Assembly (NCBI GenBank): GCA_032128375.1
Contig: JAQBGU010000034.1
Span: forward strand, 17,855 to 81,854
Direction of reading: 5' to 3'
From: Deltaproteobacteria bacterium
GTDB taxonomy: Bacteria > Myxococcota_A > UBA9160 > SMWR01
DNA length: 64,000 nt
Part shown: positions 18,963 to 28,944 of the stretch, in pieces
How positions within the stretch are numbered: the stretch's first letter is position 1
Layout of the letters: every line of letters starts with the position of its first letter
Program-made: the position numbers and the translations under genes
The notes under the pieces: model-generated
Told to the model about the DNA's origin: nothing
Databases searched by the model: none
The model's input: the letters and a program-made list of their open reading frames with translations, nothing else

Positions 18963-20032
18963 CGCGCCACGCCATTCGGGATCGAATCGCGAACGAATAC
19001 CGCTACATCGCGAATGATTTCTCTGGCGCCCGCAGCCGCGCAAGCGGCGCCTGTCGGAGCTGGGAATCGAAACTGGTCGAGACGACGAAGCAGCAGCACA
19101 AAGCCCGGCCAACGCGAGGTTGCAGCAAATGGCGGAATAGCGCGCTCGAGTTCTTCTGTAGTACAGGAGATAGTACAGGAGATAGTACAGGAGATCGTAC
19201 CGGAGATCGTACTGGAGACCGTACTCGCGGCGTCGCCAACGGCTCGGCCGAATCGTCGGTCCATGTAGCACCGAAGCGCAACAGACGCGGCTTCGCATGC
19301 CGAAATCGGATCGAGGTCGACCCGGTTGAGCGACGCTTCGATGGCCTCGAGGGCGGTCTGCCAGGGCGGAGAACCCGGAGTGCGTTTGCCAGTGCTCGCA
19401 GGGCGCCCGTTCGATTCTCTTCTCGCCAGCCACAACAGGCCCAGGCATCCGAGGGTGAAGCCCGCGCCGCCCGCGGCCCATATCCACGGCCGACCCGGCG
19501 TGGAATCGACGAGTTCTGGCGGCAACCCGAACGGTGTCAGTTTCCCGATATATTGGGGGATGATGGATACGACTTCTACGGTCAGGCCGTCCGCAGTCAA
19601 TGTCTCGACCACACCGTCGCCTTCCACCTCGATCGGTGTCGCTGGCCACGCGAATTGGCCAACCTCGCGAGGGCGAATGCGTACGCGCGTTCGGTGGATC
19701 CAGCGGTTGGGTTCTCTGGCGACGGGAAGTGTTTCGACTTCGAGGATCCAAAGACCGGCGACGTTTCGGGGAGTAGCGAATGGGAGCACGCGGTGATTGG
19801 GACGGGTGACGACAGCCACCTCGAGCGTTGCGACATCGCCGATTCCAATCGTGGCCGGCTCGAGGACCCACAGGGCCCGTGATTGGACTGGCGCTTGATA
19901 GACGACACTCTTGCCGACGCTGGCGGGATCATCTTCACAGGCCGACATCAGAGCCATCGTCAACACTAGACTCGCTGTGCAAAAAAGTCGGGTCCGCTGC
20001 GGCTTCCCGATCGCGATCTCGTGACGCCTCAT
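18959..20032 (-). CDS. Membrane protein of Bat/MoxR operon (DUF4381/BatD-like)
   Basis: Possible lipobox (MSAC), Ig-like beta-rich N-half, a TM segment, then PPWQTALEAI, LRCY..RFG, LDQFRF. Lies between DUF58 and BatA. Confidence 0.65.
   Translation of the reverse strand: MRRHEIAIGKPQRTRLFCTASLVLTMALMSACEDDPASVGKSVVYQAPVQSRALWVLEPATIGIGDVATLEVAVVTRPNHRVLPFATPRNVAGLWILEVETLPVAREPNRWIHRTRVRIRPREVGQFAWPATPIEVEGDGVVETLTADGLTVEVVSIIPQYIGKLTPFGLPPELVDSTPGRPWIWAAGGAGFTLGCLGLLWLARRESNGRPASTGKRTPGSPPWQTALEAIEASLNRVDLDPISACEAASVALRCYMDRRFGRAVGDAASTVSSTISGTISCTISCTISCTTEELERAIPPFAATSRWPGFVLLLRRLDQFRFPAPTGAACAAAGAREIIRDVAVFVRDSIPNGVAR
19159..19225. repeat. 12-bp tandem repeat (TISC/TISG)
   Basis: tagtacaggaga x3, tcgtaccggaga, tcgtactggaga, ccgtact. 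Confidence 0.9.
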
Positions 20033-21009
20033 GTCACAGCCTGGGAGCGTCGATTGGCTCGTTCTCGGAAGAAGCGGCCCAACGAATAGAGCGGGCTTCG
20101 ATCGGTACGCAGCCACAGTGGCTCCACACCGCTGCGACGAAACTCCGTTTCGAGCCGTCGACGCGCCGTCTCACACGCGTCGCGATAGCGGGCCCGGGAA
20201 CGCCGCGATCTGGTGTTCATCAGGAGTGAAGAGCCGGGTCGCTCGGGGTCTTCGACCCGAATCATCCCTACCTTTGGCAACTCGATCTCTCGCGGATCGA
20301 TCAGCACGGCGGCGATCACATCGTGGACTCGTGCGAGTCGCGTCAGCTCGGAACGCAGACGCGGTCTCGGAGCGGTATTCTCCCCCGGCGGTGGAGATGG
20401 GAGCAGCGCTTCGTCCCGGAAATCCGAGAACAGGATCACGATCGAGCGCTTTCGGGTTCGGACTCTGAGTGCGCGAAGTCCTGATCCGAGCTGTGTCGTG
20501 CCATGACTCACGCTTGCGGCAGACACGGCAAAGCGAATCAAACTCCATGTGTGGGCCATACCGCGGCCGACCGCCACCCGCCCGCGGACCTGCGAATCGA
20601 AACACACCAGACCGCTGGAATCGCCGGTCCGTCCAGAGGCCGCGGCGATCAGCGCCAGCGCGTGAACCGCAGTGGCAGCCTTTGCATGACCGGTAGTGCC
20701 GAAACGCATCGACGCCGATGTATCGAGTCCAAACAGCAAGGTCTGGTTGCGCTCTTCGCGAAAGCGTTTGACGAACGGTTTTCCGGCGCGAGCGGTGGCG
20801 TTCCAATCGAGTGTGCGGATGTCGTCGCCGGCGACATAGGGACGAGACTCTTCGAACTCGAGCCCCGAGCCGCGAAAAGCGCTCACGTAGTTTCCAGCGA
20901 AGAGGCCGGTTGCTTCGCGTTGGCTGCGAACGACCAAGAGCCGCGCCGCTCGTGCGAGGTCGCCCGAAGACACCCCAATGGGCAGCGGCTGTGGTGAGAA
21001 CGGTTTCAT
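20029..21009 (-). CDS. DUF58 family protein
   Basis: GSGLEFEESRPYVAGDDIRTLDWNATAR, VKRFREER, DTSASM, ILFSDF. Confidence 0.92.
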   Translation of the reverse strand: MKPFSPQPLPIGVSSGDLARAARLLVVRSQREATGLFAGNYVSAFRGSGLEFEESRPYVAGDDIRTLDWNATARAGKPFVKRFREERNQTLLFGLDTSASMRFGTTGHAKAATAVHALALIAAASGRTGDSSGLVCFDSQVRGRVAVGRGMAHTWSLIRFAVSAASVSHGTTQLGSGLRALRVRTRKRSIVILFSDFRDEALLPSPPPGENTAPRPRLRSELTRLARVHDVIAAVLIDPREIELPKVGMIRVEDPERPGSSLLMNTRSRRSRARYRDACETARRRLETEFRRSGVEPLWLRTDRSPLYSLGRFFRERANRRSQAVT

Positions 21010-21045
21010 CGCGACTGCCTGCCTCCGCGTATTGCCGTAATCCTG

Positions 21046-22122
21046 CTAGGGGGTTTCGACCGCTGCCAGAATGGCATCGACGACCGCATCGGGTCGAATG
21101 CCATCGGCTTCGGCCTCGTAGGTGAGCACGATTCGATGGCGCAGAACGTCCGGCGCCACACGTTTGATGTCGTGCGGCGTCGCATAGTCGCGACCATCGA
21201 GCAGCGCGCGTACCCGCGCTGCGCGAATCAGATACATCGACCCGCGTGGCGACGCGCCCAGCGCAACGCAAGCTTCCGGCGCGGTGCCAGCGGGCGCGTG
21301 GATTCTGGCTCCCGCGCCGGCCGGATCTCGGGTCGCGCGGGCGAGTCTGACCGCGTAGTCCACCAGAGAGGACGCCGCGTGGATTTTCGAAGCGGCCACT
21401 TGAATGGACGCGACCGTCTCGGGCTTCAGTGCGGTGACGGTTTCGACGGCGGGCTTTGCATCGCGGAGTACGATTTCGCGCTCGTCCGCTTCTTCGGGGT
21501 AGGGGACTACGAGATTCACCAAGAATCGATCGATTTGCGCTTCCGGCAGTGGGTAGGTGCCCTCGAGCTCAGCGGGATTCTGGGTCGCCATTACGAAGAA
21601 CGGTTCCGGCAGCTTGAAGGTCTGATCGCCGATCGTGACTTGTCGCTCTTCCATCGCCTCGAGCAGTGCCGATTGCACTTTGGCCGGTGCACGATTGATT
21701 TCATCTGCAAGCAGGACGGGTGCGAAAATGGGTCCTTTGCGAACCACGAACGTGCGCGTGTCCGGCACGAAGATTGGCGTTCCAATCAGATCCGCGGGTA
21801 ACAGGTCCGGCGTGAACTGGATCCGGCCGAATCCGAGCCCGAGGGCCTGCGCCAGCGTGCGCACCGCGGTGGTCTTGGCGAGGCCTGGAACTCCCTCGAC
21901 CAGCGCGTGACCACCCGCGAACAGAGCAATCAGCAAGCCATCGATCAGGTTCGTCTGACCGACGACCACACGGCCGATCTGGCCACGCAAAGTTTGAATC
22001 GACTCTTGAATATTCGACGCGTGTGCATCGGACACATGTGTGCCGGATAGACGTGAATCGGACGTGCCTGAGACGGACGCATGTGTAGTGGACGAGTGTG
22101 TTACCAGTTTGCTGTCGCTCAT
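21046..22122 (-). CDS. moxR: MoxR family AAA+ ATPase
   Basis: GHALVEGVPGLAKT, RIQFTPDLLPAD, LADEINRAPAKVQSALLEAM, ATQNP..EGTYPLPEAQIDRF, GASPRG. Confidence 0.95.
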   Translation of the reverse strand: MSDSKLVTHSSTTHASVSGTSDSRLSGTHVSDAHASNIQESIQTLRGQIGRVVVGQTNLIDGLLIALFAGGHALVEGVPGLAKTTAVRTLAQALGLGFGRIQFTPDLLPADLIGTPIFVPDTRTFVVRKGPIFAPVLLADEINRAPAKVQSALLEAMEERQVTIGDQTFKLPEPFFVMATQNPAELEGTYPLPEAQIDRFLVNLVVPYPEEADEREIVLRDAKPAVETVTALKPETVASIQVAASKIHAASSLVDYAVRLARATRDPAGAGARIHAPAGTAPEACVALGASPRGSMYLIRAARVRALLDGRDYATPHDIKRVAPDVLRHRIVLTYEAEADGIRPDAVVDAILAAVETP

Positions 22123-22167
22123 GATTGAATCCGGCTTCTTCGGGTTCGCCTCGGACCGTTTTCGGCT

Positions 22168-22665
22168 TCAGTTTCGTTTGTCGATTCGCGCCACGATGAT
22201 GGAGGTCCGAACGCGGGGGATTTCCCGCAGCCGAACGACCTGGCCTCCCCAGCTCTCGACGTCCTGACGCCCGACAATTTCATTGAGTTTCCAATCTCCA
22301 CCTTTGGCAAGCACATCCGGTCGCAGCGTGCAAATCAGCGACTTGGGGGTCGCATCTCGAAAGCAAACCACCCAGTCCACGCAAGCGAGCGCTGCCAGGA
22401 CTTCTGCACGCTGTCTGCAGGAAACGATGGGATGCCCACTACCCTTTATACGCCGCACGCTGGCATCGGTGTTCACCGCGACGACGAGTCGGTCGCCCAG
22501 ACCCCGCGCCTGTTCGAGGCTGCGAACATGGCCGATGTGAAGGAGATCGAAGCAGCCGTTGGTGAAGACCACCCGTTCGCCACGGCCCTGCGCGTTGCGG
22601 ACGGCATCGGCCGCGCGCAGTCGCGACAGCACCTTGGCCCGCGCGCAGAGGAGTGATCGACTCAT
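22168..22665 (-). CDS. rfaE2: D-glycero-beta-D-manno-heptose 1-phosphate adenylyltransferase
   Basis: VVFTNGCFDLLHIGH, VNTDASVRRIKG, RPDVLAKGGDW. Confidence 0.92.
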   Translation of the reverse strand: MSRSLLCARAKVLSRLRAADAVRNAQGRGERVVFTNGCFDLLHIGHVRSLEQARGLGDRLVVAVNTDASVRRIKGSGHPIVSCRQRAEVLAALACVDWVVCFRDATPKSLICTLRPDVLAKGGDWKLNEIVGRQDVESWGGQVVRLREIPRVRTSIIVARIDKRN

Positions 22666-25517
22666 GATGCTCCTTGCGGCCGGCGGGTTTCAGGCGTGAA
22701 TTCAGGGGTGAATTCAGGGGTGAGTTCAGGGGTGAATTGTGGGGCGAAGTGGGGGGCGAAGTTGGGGTCGAAGTGCGAGTCGAAGTGGGGGTCGGGTTCG
22801 GTCGGGCCAGCAGGCTGTGCTGGGGGTTCAGACCGGCTCGGATTCACGAGCGATCCCAACGCCCGAATTCCGCGCATGACGAAATGCGGAACACCCTGAA
22901 GCACCTGGCTCACAGAGCCCGCGGAACTCGGTAGCAAGATGGGCTCGACCATCGGGTCCGCCCAGGCGCCCGAAACCTCGAAGGCAGCGGCAACGAGGTT
23001 CTCGTCCGTACCGAGCAGCATTCGATTGAGAATCGGAATTTTCCCCAGTACGCGGTCGAGCTTCCTGAACAAGAACACGTAGACGAGAGCGTCGATGGTC
23101 TTGATCGGATCGGCAAGCTCCAGCTCGCCGGATGCCACGATGCCGATTCTCGGCCCGTCGAGTGAGAACGACGCCGAATACAGCCGTCCAGCGCCGAATT
23201 CGAGGAGGCTTTCGACCCGATTGAATGGGACGATATCGCTCGGATCATATGAGTCGAGCTTGGCGGCTGCCTCGGCGATCGCGACCACCGGCGATGTCAC
23301 CTTGCGGATCAGGCCATCGACCGCCTTCAAATCGAGCAGACCACTCAGCTGGGAGAAGAACGAAGTTCCGGGCTGCAGCACCCCTTCGAAGCTGCCATCG
23401 AGATTCATGCGTCCCTCGATCTGCCGCTTCGGTAGGCCCACCAGCTTCGCGATCGCCGAACCGTCGCCATCGACCAGTCCGAAGTTGACGCGAAAGGGAA
23501 CTGCCCCTTGCACCGACAGGTCGAGCAGGCCATCGGCTCGCGCGCGGCCGGTCGGGGCCAGCTGGATCTCGAGTTCCCGGATGCGGACCTGTCCCCCCGT
23601 CGCGACGAAGTGCCCGTGGGCTTCGTCCTGCTGCCAGAGTCTGCCCAGAATCTCACCCACGCCGAACTTGCCGCGCGCCCAGCCGCCGCCGTGTGTTGGA
23701 GCGCTCGGCGCGGTTCGCGGCGCGGTGGCAGAGAGCTGGACAGAGACGCGCTCGCTGGGCTCGAACCGCCAATCCGCTTCGACTTCGATCGGGACGCCGG
23801 CCCAGATCGCATGCTTGGATTCAATGTGCACACCGTCGGTCTCTGCGACGATCGTCGCAGAGACGTCCCACAGCGGCCACAAGAACAGCGGATGCTCGAG
23901 GAATTCGATCTCGAGACTGACGCGGGTCCGGTTGTGGGGTCGAGACTCAGCCTCGGCCGAATCCGGGCGCGGGCGCAGGCTCTGCCACAAAGTATCGAGT
24001 CCAAACAGCGGCAACGCCTGTGAGTTCATCTCGCGTAGTTGAGGATTGCCCGCCAGAAAATTCGGAAATCCCTCGATCGTGACGTCCAGCAAGGGGAGGG
24101 GGCGGCCATTGAGCACGGCCGTGGCATCGACGATTTCCAGCCGGTCGCCGACCCAGTGGAGCTCTGCCGCCAAGTCTTCCAATTGGTTCGCATCGCCGAA
24201 GCGCGCGACCACAGCGGCGAGCTTCACCTGCATCGAAAACCCGTCCGGGACGCGCCGGGAGCGGCCGGCGAGCAGATCCTGCCATCCGTGAAGTGTTGTT
24301 CGGCCGCGAGCCCGAAGCGTTTCGAGGAGTCCGCTGGCCAACGGTGCCACTACCCCTGCAGCTTCTTCGCGCTCGATTTCGGGGAGCCAACTGATCAGGT
24401 GGCGGGCTTGACCCAAATCCAGTTTGTCCAGGTCCAGTTCGAGCATCGCGACAGAATCCGCGCTCAGCGGCCGTGATACCTCCCCTTCGACGCGCAAGCT
24501 CGTATCTTGGGTGGTGACCTGGAAGTCGTACAGTCTGGCGCGCTGCGGATCGATTTCGAGGGTTCCGACGAAGTTGATCTGCGGTGAATGGATCATCTCG
24601 AGCGACTTATCGGGGTCCGAAACGGAGCTGACCAGGTTTCGGCAGGTCAGGTCTGCCTGCAACCGGCCGGTGCCGGCTTCCGCGGTCTCGTAGATCCACT
24701 GGCCGCTGAGTCGGCCTGAAATTTCGGCCTTTGGGTGAAGCTCTCGCAGGTAGCGCGTGCCCGACGCGAGCTCCAGCGAGTCCACGCCGAGCGAGATTCG
24801 AATTTCACCGTCTTTGTCGCGGTGGCCGACGAGTTTGATCGACCCGTGATTTCGGCCGCCCTCGCTCAACTGGCCACTCACGGAGAACTCGCTGCCGCCG
24901 CTGAACCGATGATGGACCAGCTGGCCGGCCACATTCACCAATTCCAATACACCGTGTTCGGGGGTGAGTTCGTCTTCGAACGAGATCCGAACGTCGCGCA
25001 GTTCCAGGATCCTGGCTGCAGGTGGCGCCAGCAGCACCCGCCGCACCAGGGTCTCCAGCGAGATCAGCGGAGCCAGTAGCTCGTCCGGGTTCGAAGGCCG
25101 CGATGAGGAGAGCTGCCCGTCCACGCCGCTGGTCGATCCGACCGGACGCAAAGCGCCGCTGGTTCCGATCGAGGACAGACGCAGACGGACTCCTTCGAGC
25201 TGTAGCCGCCGGAGCTCAATTCCGCCGCCGACAAGCGACAGCGCGTCGATCGATCCCATGACTCGTTCGATCTCGAGCCCGTGACCGCCCGGTGTGGGCC
25301 AAGCCGAGATGCCCCCGCCCTCGACTCGCACGAATGTGCCGGGTGAGATGCGGAGCTGACGCACCGACACTTGCGTCCCGAGCGCTCCGCTCAGCCGGCG
25401 CTCTAGCTCGGAAAGAACTTGGTCGGGGCCAAAACTCCTCGCCAAGAACGATCCGGCGATCACGGCAATCGCGAACAGCGCAGCAATCGCGAAAATTCCG
25501 GCCCGGTATCGCCTCAC
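22662..25517 (-). CDS. AsmA-like / YhdP-type envelope protein
   Basis: N-terminal TM anchor, long beta-rich body, and an AsmA-like C-terminus (LGKIPILNRMLLG, FEVSGAWADP). GTG start after AAGGAGG (alternative 25562). Confidence 0.75.
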   Translation of the reverse strand: MRRYRAGIFAIAALFAIAVIAGSFLARSFGPDQVLSELERRLSGALGTQVSVRQLRISPGTFVRVEGGGISAWPTPGGHGLEIERVMGSIDALSLVGGGIELRRLQLEGVRLRLSSIGTSGALRPVGSTSGVDGQLSSSRPSNPDELLAPLISLETLVRRVLLAPPAARILELRDVRISFEDELTPEHGVLELVNVAGQLVHHRFSGGSEFSVSGQLSEGGRNHGSIKLVGHRDKDGEIRISLGVDSLELASGTRYLRELHPKAEISGRLSGQWIYETAEAGTGRLQADLTCRNLVSSVSDPDKSLEMIHSPQINFVGTLEIDPQRARLYDFQVTTQDTSLRVEGEVSRPLSADSVAMLELDLDKLDLGQARHLISWLPEIEREEAAGVVAPLASGLLETLRARGRTTLHGWQDLLAGRSRRVPDGFSMQVKLAAVVARFGDANQLEDLAAELHWVGDRLEIVDATAVLNGRPLPLLDVTIEGFPNFLAGNPQLREMNSQALPLFGLDTLWQSLRPRPDSAEAESRPHNRTRVSLEIEFLEHPLFLWPLWDVSATIVAETDGVHIESKHAIWAGVPIEVEADWRFEPSERVSVQLSATAPRTAPSAPTHGGGWARGKFGVGEILGRLWQQDEAHGHFVATGGQVRIRELEIQLAPTGRARADGLLDLSVQGAVPFRVNFGLVDGDGSAIAKLVGLPKRQIEGRMNLDGSFEGVLQPGTSFFSQLSGLLDLKAVDGLIRKVTSPVVAIAEAAAKLDSYDPSDIVPFNRVESLLEFGAGRLYSASFSLDGPRIGIVASGELELADPIKTIDALVYVFLFRKLDRVLGKIPILNRMLLGTDENLVAAAFEVSGAWADPMVEPILLPSSAGSVSQVLQGVPHFVMRGIRALGSLVNPSRSEPPAQPAGPTEPDPHFDSHFDPNFAPHFAPQFTPELTPEFTPEFTPETRRPQGAS
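22689..22796. repeat. Nine drifting 12-bp units (TPEF/APHF/DPHF)
   Basis: ttcaggcgtgaa, ttcaggggtgaa, ttcaggggtgag, ttcaggggtgaa, ttgtggggcgaa, gtggggggcgaa, gttggggtcgaa, gtgcgagtcgaa, gtgggggtcggg. Confidence 0.85.
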
Positions 25518-25817
25518 GATCCTCCTTACACCCACCACGCACCCACCACGCACACCGATCATTGCGCCTTGCAGGCTCGTTGTCGCCCGTGCTCCCCTCG
25601 GGGATGTTCCACAGGAACGCTTGTCCAGTGTTTCTGGCTGGACTTCTGCCTGTTGCCGAACCCTAGTTGAGTTCCATCAATGTGTTGTTCTCATGCGTTC
25701 GGAAGGTGCATCTCCCGGTGGCTATTGAGGTTGCCAAAGCTGCCCTCGAGGTTCGGCGAGAACCCGCCAACATCGCATTCCCACTAAAGAATTCCCACGT
25801 ACGGTCGAAACACCACA

Positions 25818-25837
25818 CAGTTGATTCGACTCAACTG
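25818..25837. promoter_or_regulatory. Inverted repeat, candidate operator or 5'UTR hairpin
   Basis: CAGTTGA-N6-TCAACTG about 40 bp upstream of the XRE gene. Confidence 0.35.
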
Positions 25838-25875
25838 AAGGCACTGGAGTCGAGAGTTCTAGTAAGGAGTGCGAC

Positions 25876-26148
25876 GTGGAAGATAATGGATCACAAGCGA
25901 TTCGGAAGAATCGCGTTCGCGAGCTGCGGGAGAATCGCCTGATGACCCAGGCGCAGCTGGCACGAAAAGCGAAGGTCGCGCTGCGTACGATTCACAGTGT
26001 CGAAAAGGGTATGAACTGCCGCATGGACACCAAGCGGAAGATCCTTCTCGCGTTGGGATTGCGGTTCGAGGACAAGGACCAGGTCTTTCCGTCCAACTAT
26101 CCTTCGAACCCGCTGATGCCAACAGAACCGAACCGGTCAGCGTTTTGA
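25876..26148 (+). CDS. Small XRE-family HTH regulator
   Basis: SD AAGGAG before GTG. NRVRELRENRLMTQAQLARKAKVALRTIHSVEKG HTH_3 pattern. Confidence 0.88.
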   Translation: MEDNGSQAIRKNRVRELRENRLMTQAQLARKAKVALRTIHSVEKGMNCRMDTKRKILLALGLRFEDKDQVFPSNYPSNPLMPTEPNRSAF

Positions 26149-26331
26149 CCCCAGGCTCTTTCGACTGATCGCTCCGGTATAGTGGTCGTTGGTCGCTGAC
26201 CAACACCGGACGCACGCGGGTGCGACCAGATTGCATCTGGGTGCAGTGATGCGGCAAGATCTCTAGACGGGTTCAGACTTCGGTTCCCTGACGGCCTACC
26301 GTTCGGGCGTTGGCCCGCGGGAGGGATCGTC

Positions 26332-28746
26332 ATTCCGGACCGCGTCACGCTGCTGGCCGATGTCGCCGAGATCGTTTCTCGATCGCACGACCTCAACGAG
26401 ACTTTGAGCAACGTCGTCGAACTAGTCGCCAAGCGGCTGGATGCCGACGCCTGCTCGCTGTACTTGTGCGGAGCCGAGCTGACCACCTTGTCGCTCGAGG
26501 CGACGATTGGACTCAACCAGGAAGCGGTGGGGATCGTCTCGCTCGCGTTCGGGGATGGTCTGGTTGGCCTCGCAGCGAAGACCGGACAGCCCGTCGTCAT
26601 CGCCCACGCTCGTGAGCATCCGAGCTACGCGTACTTCGCCGAGACGGGCGAGGAGCGCTTCGAATCTTTGATGGCCGTGCCGTTGATCTTCCGTGGCGTG
26701 ACGATCGGTGTTCTGGCGGTTCAGACGATCGTTCCCCGTGAGTTCGAATCCAACGATGTCGAGATCTTCAAGACCTGCGCGCAACTGCTCGCACCGGTTG
26801 TGATCAATGCGCGGCTGTTGGCGTTGGTGGGCCTTTCAGACGAAGACAGCGATCGCGTCAATGCGGAGCTCGCGCTCACTGGAATACCCGCGCCCCGCGA
26901 GGCGAACGTTCGCACCAAGCAGCACAACATCGAATATCGCGGCATCGCGACGTCCCGCGGCATCGCGATCGGTCCGATCTATCGGCTCGAAACACCACTC
27001 GATCTCGAACACCTCGCCTACACACCGAGTTCCGATCCGGAGCAGGAGGTGCGCGATCTGCTGGAAGCGATTGCCGATGCGCGCCGCGAACTCGATGGCG
27101 TGCAAGACGAACTCGGTGCGAAGTTCGGCCTCGACCTCGCGGCGGTCTTCCAGACGCATATCCAGATCCTCGAGGACAAGGGCTTCATCGCCAAGCTGAG
27201 CGATGAGGCGCGACGGACCGGCAACGCGCTGCATGCGCTCCAGAATGTGTTGTCGGCGTACCGCAAGACCTTCGAGCGGATCGCCGACCCGTATTTTCGC
27301 GAGCGGGTCATCGATGTCGAGGACGTGGGCCAACGCGTGATGGAGCGGTTGCTCGGCGAACGCCTTCACATCCCGCCATTGATGGACGGTGCGATCGTTG
27401 TCGCGAACAACATCATGCCCGGTCTATTCGCGCGACTCGAGGTTGACAAGATCGCTGCCATGGTCTCCGAACATGGTGGCGCCACGTCGCACGGGGCCAT
27501 TTTTGCGCGCACACTCGAGATCCCGGCCGTCACCGGCATCTCGGGCATTCAAGAAGCGGTGCGATCGGGCGAGCTGGCCGTCGTCGATGGCGACGACGGG
27601 TTGCTCTATCTGTCTCCCGACGAAGGGCTGCTTTCGGAATTTCGGCGAGCACAACAACAGTTCGCGGTTGCGATCGAGCATCTCGATGCGCTGCGCAACC
27701 GACCCGCCGAGACCCGAGACGGGCGGCGCGTGCACCTGACTGCGAACGTCGGCCTCGCGAGTGACTTGAGACTGGTCGAGCGGCATGGTGCGGATGGCGT
27801 CGGATTGTTCCGGACCGAAATCCTGGCGCTGGCCCAGCGCGGCTTCCCGAGTGAAGAAGAACAGGCAGAACTCTACGCCCGAGTAGCGTCAGCGCTGGCG
27901 CCGCGGTCCCTCACAATTCGCACTCACGATCTCGGCGGCGACAAGGAACTGGCTAACGTTGGCGTCGGACTCGAGGACAACCCGCAGCTCGGCTGTCGTT
28001 CGATTCGTCTCAGCCTCGGCATCCCATCTGTGTTCAAGGCGCAGATCCGCGCGATCTACCGAGCGAGCTCCAACGCCAACGTGCGGATGATGTTGCCGAT
28101 GATCAGTTCGCTCGAGGAGCTTCGCCGCGCGCGTGTACTGATAGACGAAGCGCGGGGCGATCTGGAGCGCAGCGGGTTCGAATTCGACGCGAACATGCCG
28201 ATCGGCTTGATGATCGAGGTACCGTCGGCCGCCATCAAAGCCGAGGCGCTCGCCCGAGAATGTGACTTTTTCAGCATCGGAACCAACGATCTGACGCAGT
28301 ACACGCTCGCGGTCGACCGCGGCAACGAACACGTTGCCCACATCTACGATCCACTGCACCCGGCCGTGTTGGCGTTGATCGACATGACTGCCCGCGCAGC
28401 GGCCCGGGTGGGGATACCCATATCGGTCTGCGGCGAGATGGCCAGCGACCCGATCGCGGTTCCGCTGCTGGTCGGTCTGGGAATTCGAGAGCTTTCAGGT
28501 ACGCCGAGTGCCGTCCCCGTCGTCAAGGAAATCGTCCGAGAACTCGATTTCGGGTCTCTCGAGGCCGATTCGAGGCGTGCCCTCGAGGTCGGTACCGCAA
28601 ACGAAGTGCGCCAGATTGGTGCGGCGCGGTTGGTCGAAGCTGGGCTGCTCGATCATCCCGACATCGGCGCCTGGCTTCGGGTTATCGTCGAGCGGCTCGG
28701 AGTGACGGAGCAGAAGCCGCCCAGGATTCGCCAGTCAGCCAAGTAG
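26332..28746 (+). CDS. ptsP: Phosphoenolpyruvate-protein phosphotransferase EI(Ntr) with N-terminal GAF
   Basis: GAF (ACSLY, GLVGLAA, ETGEERF), TSHGAI phospho-His, GVGLFRTE, MIEVPS, SIGTNDLTQY, SVCGEMA. Start inferred at ATT 26332 (see findings); the first canonical start is TTG 26404. Confidence 0.93.
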   Translation: MPDRVTLLADVAEIVSRSHDLNETLSNVVELVAKRLDADACSLYLCGAELTTLSLEATIGLNQEAVGIVSLAFGDGLVGLAAKTGQPVVIAHAREHPSYAYFAETGEERFESLMAVPLIFRGVTIGVLAVQTIVPREFESNDVEIFKTCAQLLAPVVINARLLALVGLSDEDSDRVNAELALTGIPAPREANVRTKQHNIEYRGIATSRGIAIGPIYRLETPLDLEHLAYTPSSDPEQEVRDLLEAIADARRELDGVQDELGAKFGLDLAAVFQTHIQILEDKGFIAKLSDEARRTGNALHALQNVLSAYRKTFERIADPYFRERVIDVEDVGQRVMERLLGERLHIPPLMDGAIVVANNIMPGLFARLEVDKIAAMVSEHGGATSHGAIFARTLEIPAVTGISGIQEAVRSGELAVVDGDDGLLYLSPDEGLLSEFRRAQQQFAVAIEHLDALRNRPAETRDGRRVHLTANVGLASDLRLVERHGADGVGLFRTEILALAQRGFPSEEEQAELYARVASALAPRSLTIRTHDLGGDKELANVGVGLEDNPQLGCRSIRLSLGIPSVFKAQIRAIYRASSNANVRMMLPMISSLEELRRARVLIDEARGDLERSGFEFDANMPIGLMIEVPSAAIKAEALARECDFFSIGTNDLTQYTLAVDRGNEHVAHIYDPLHPAVLALIDMTARAAARVGIPISVCGEMASDPIAVPLLVGLGIRELSGTPSAVPVVKEIVRELDFGSLEADSRRALEVGTANEVRQIGAARLVEAGLLDHPDIGAWLRVIVERLGVTEQKPPRIRQSAK

Positions 28747-28944
28747 CAGAGGTTCCGGCACACGATTGGTCGACCGAAAAGAGCGGCTGTGGTACCCATG
28801 TGCCCGCCCGACTTCCCTGCTCTGGGCAACGCGTTTTCTGCGGTAGCCGCCCCCTGCTGTCGCGGCCATTTTCAATGCATCGATCGTCGATGAAGTGTGT
28901 GGTCGCTGAAGCGAACCATCGATGAAATGAACGGCGAAAAAACG

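Noticed and set aside
18963..19871. N-terminal 300-aa extension of the BatA ORF and other long overlapping or antisense ORFs (e.g. 18521-19882, 54256-55290, 58895-59317)
   Set aside because: These are shadow frames typical of high-GC DNA. They are Arg/Pro-rich, lack motifs, and overlap well-supported genes or promoter regions.
14736..22122. MoxR-DUF58-VWA-TPR-BatD operon as a novel system
   Set aside because: It is a widespread, previously described Bat/MoxR-proper operon with canonical gene order.
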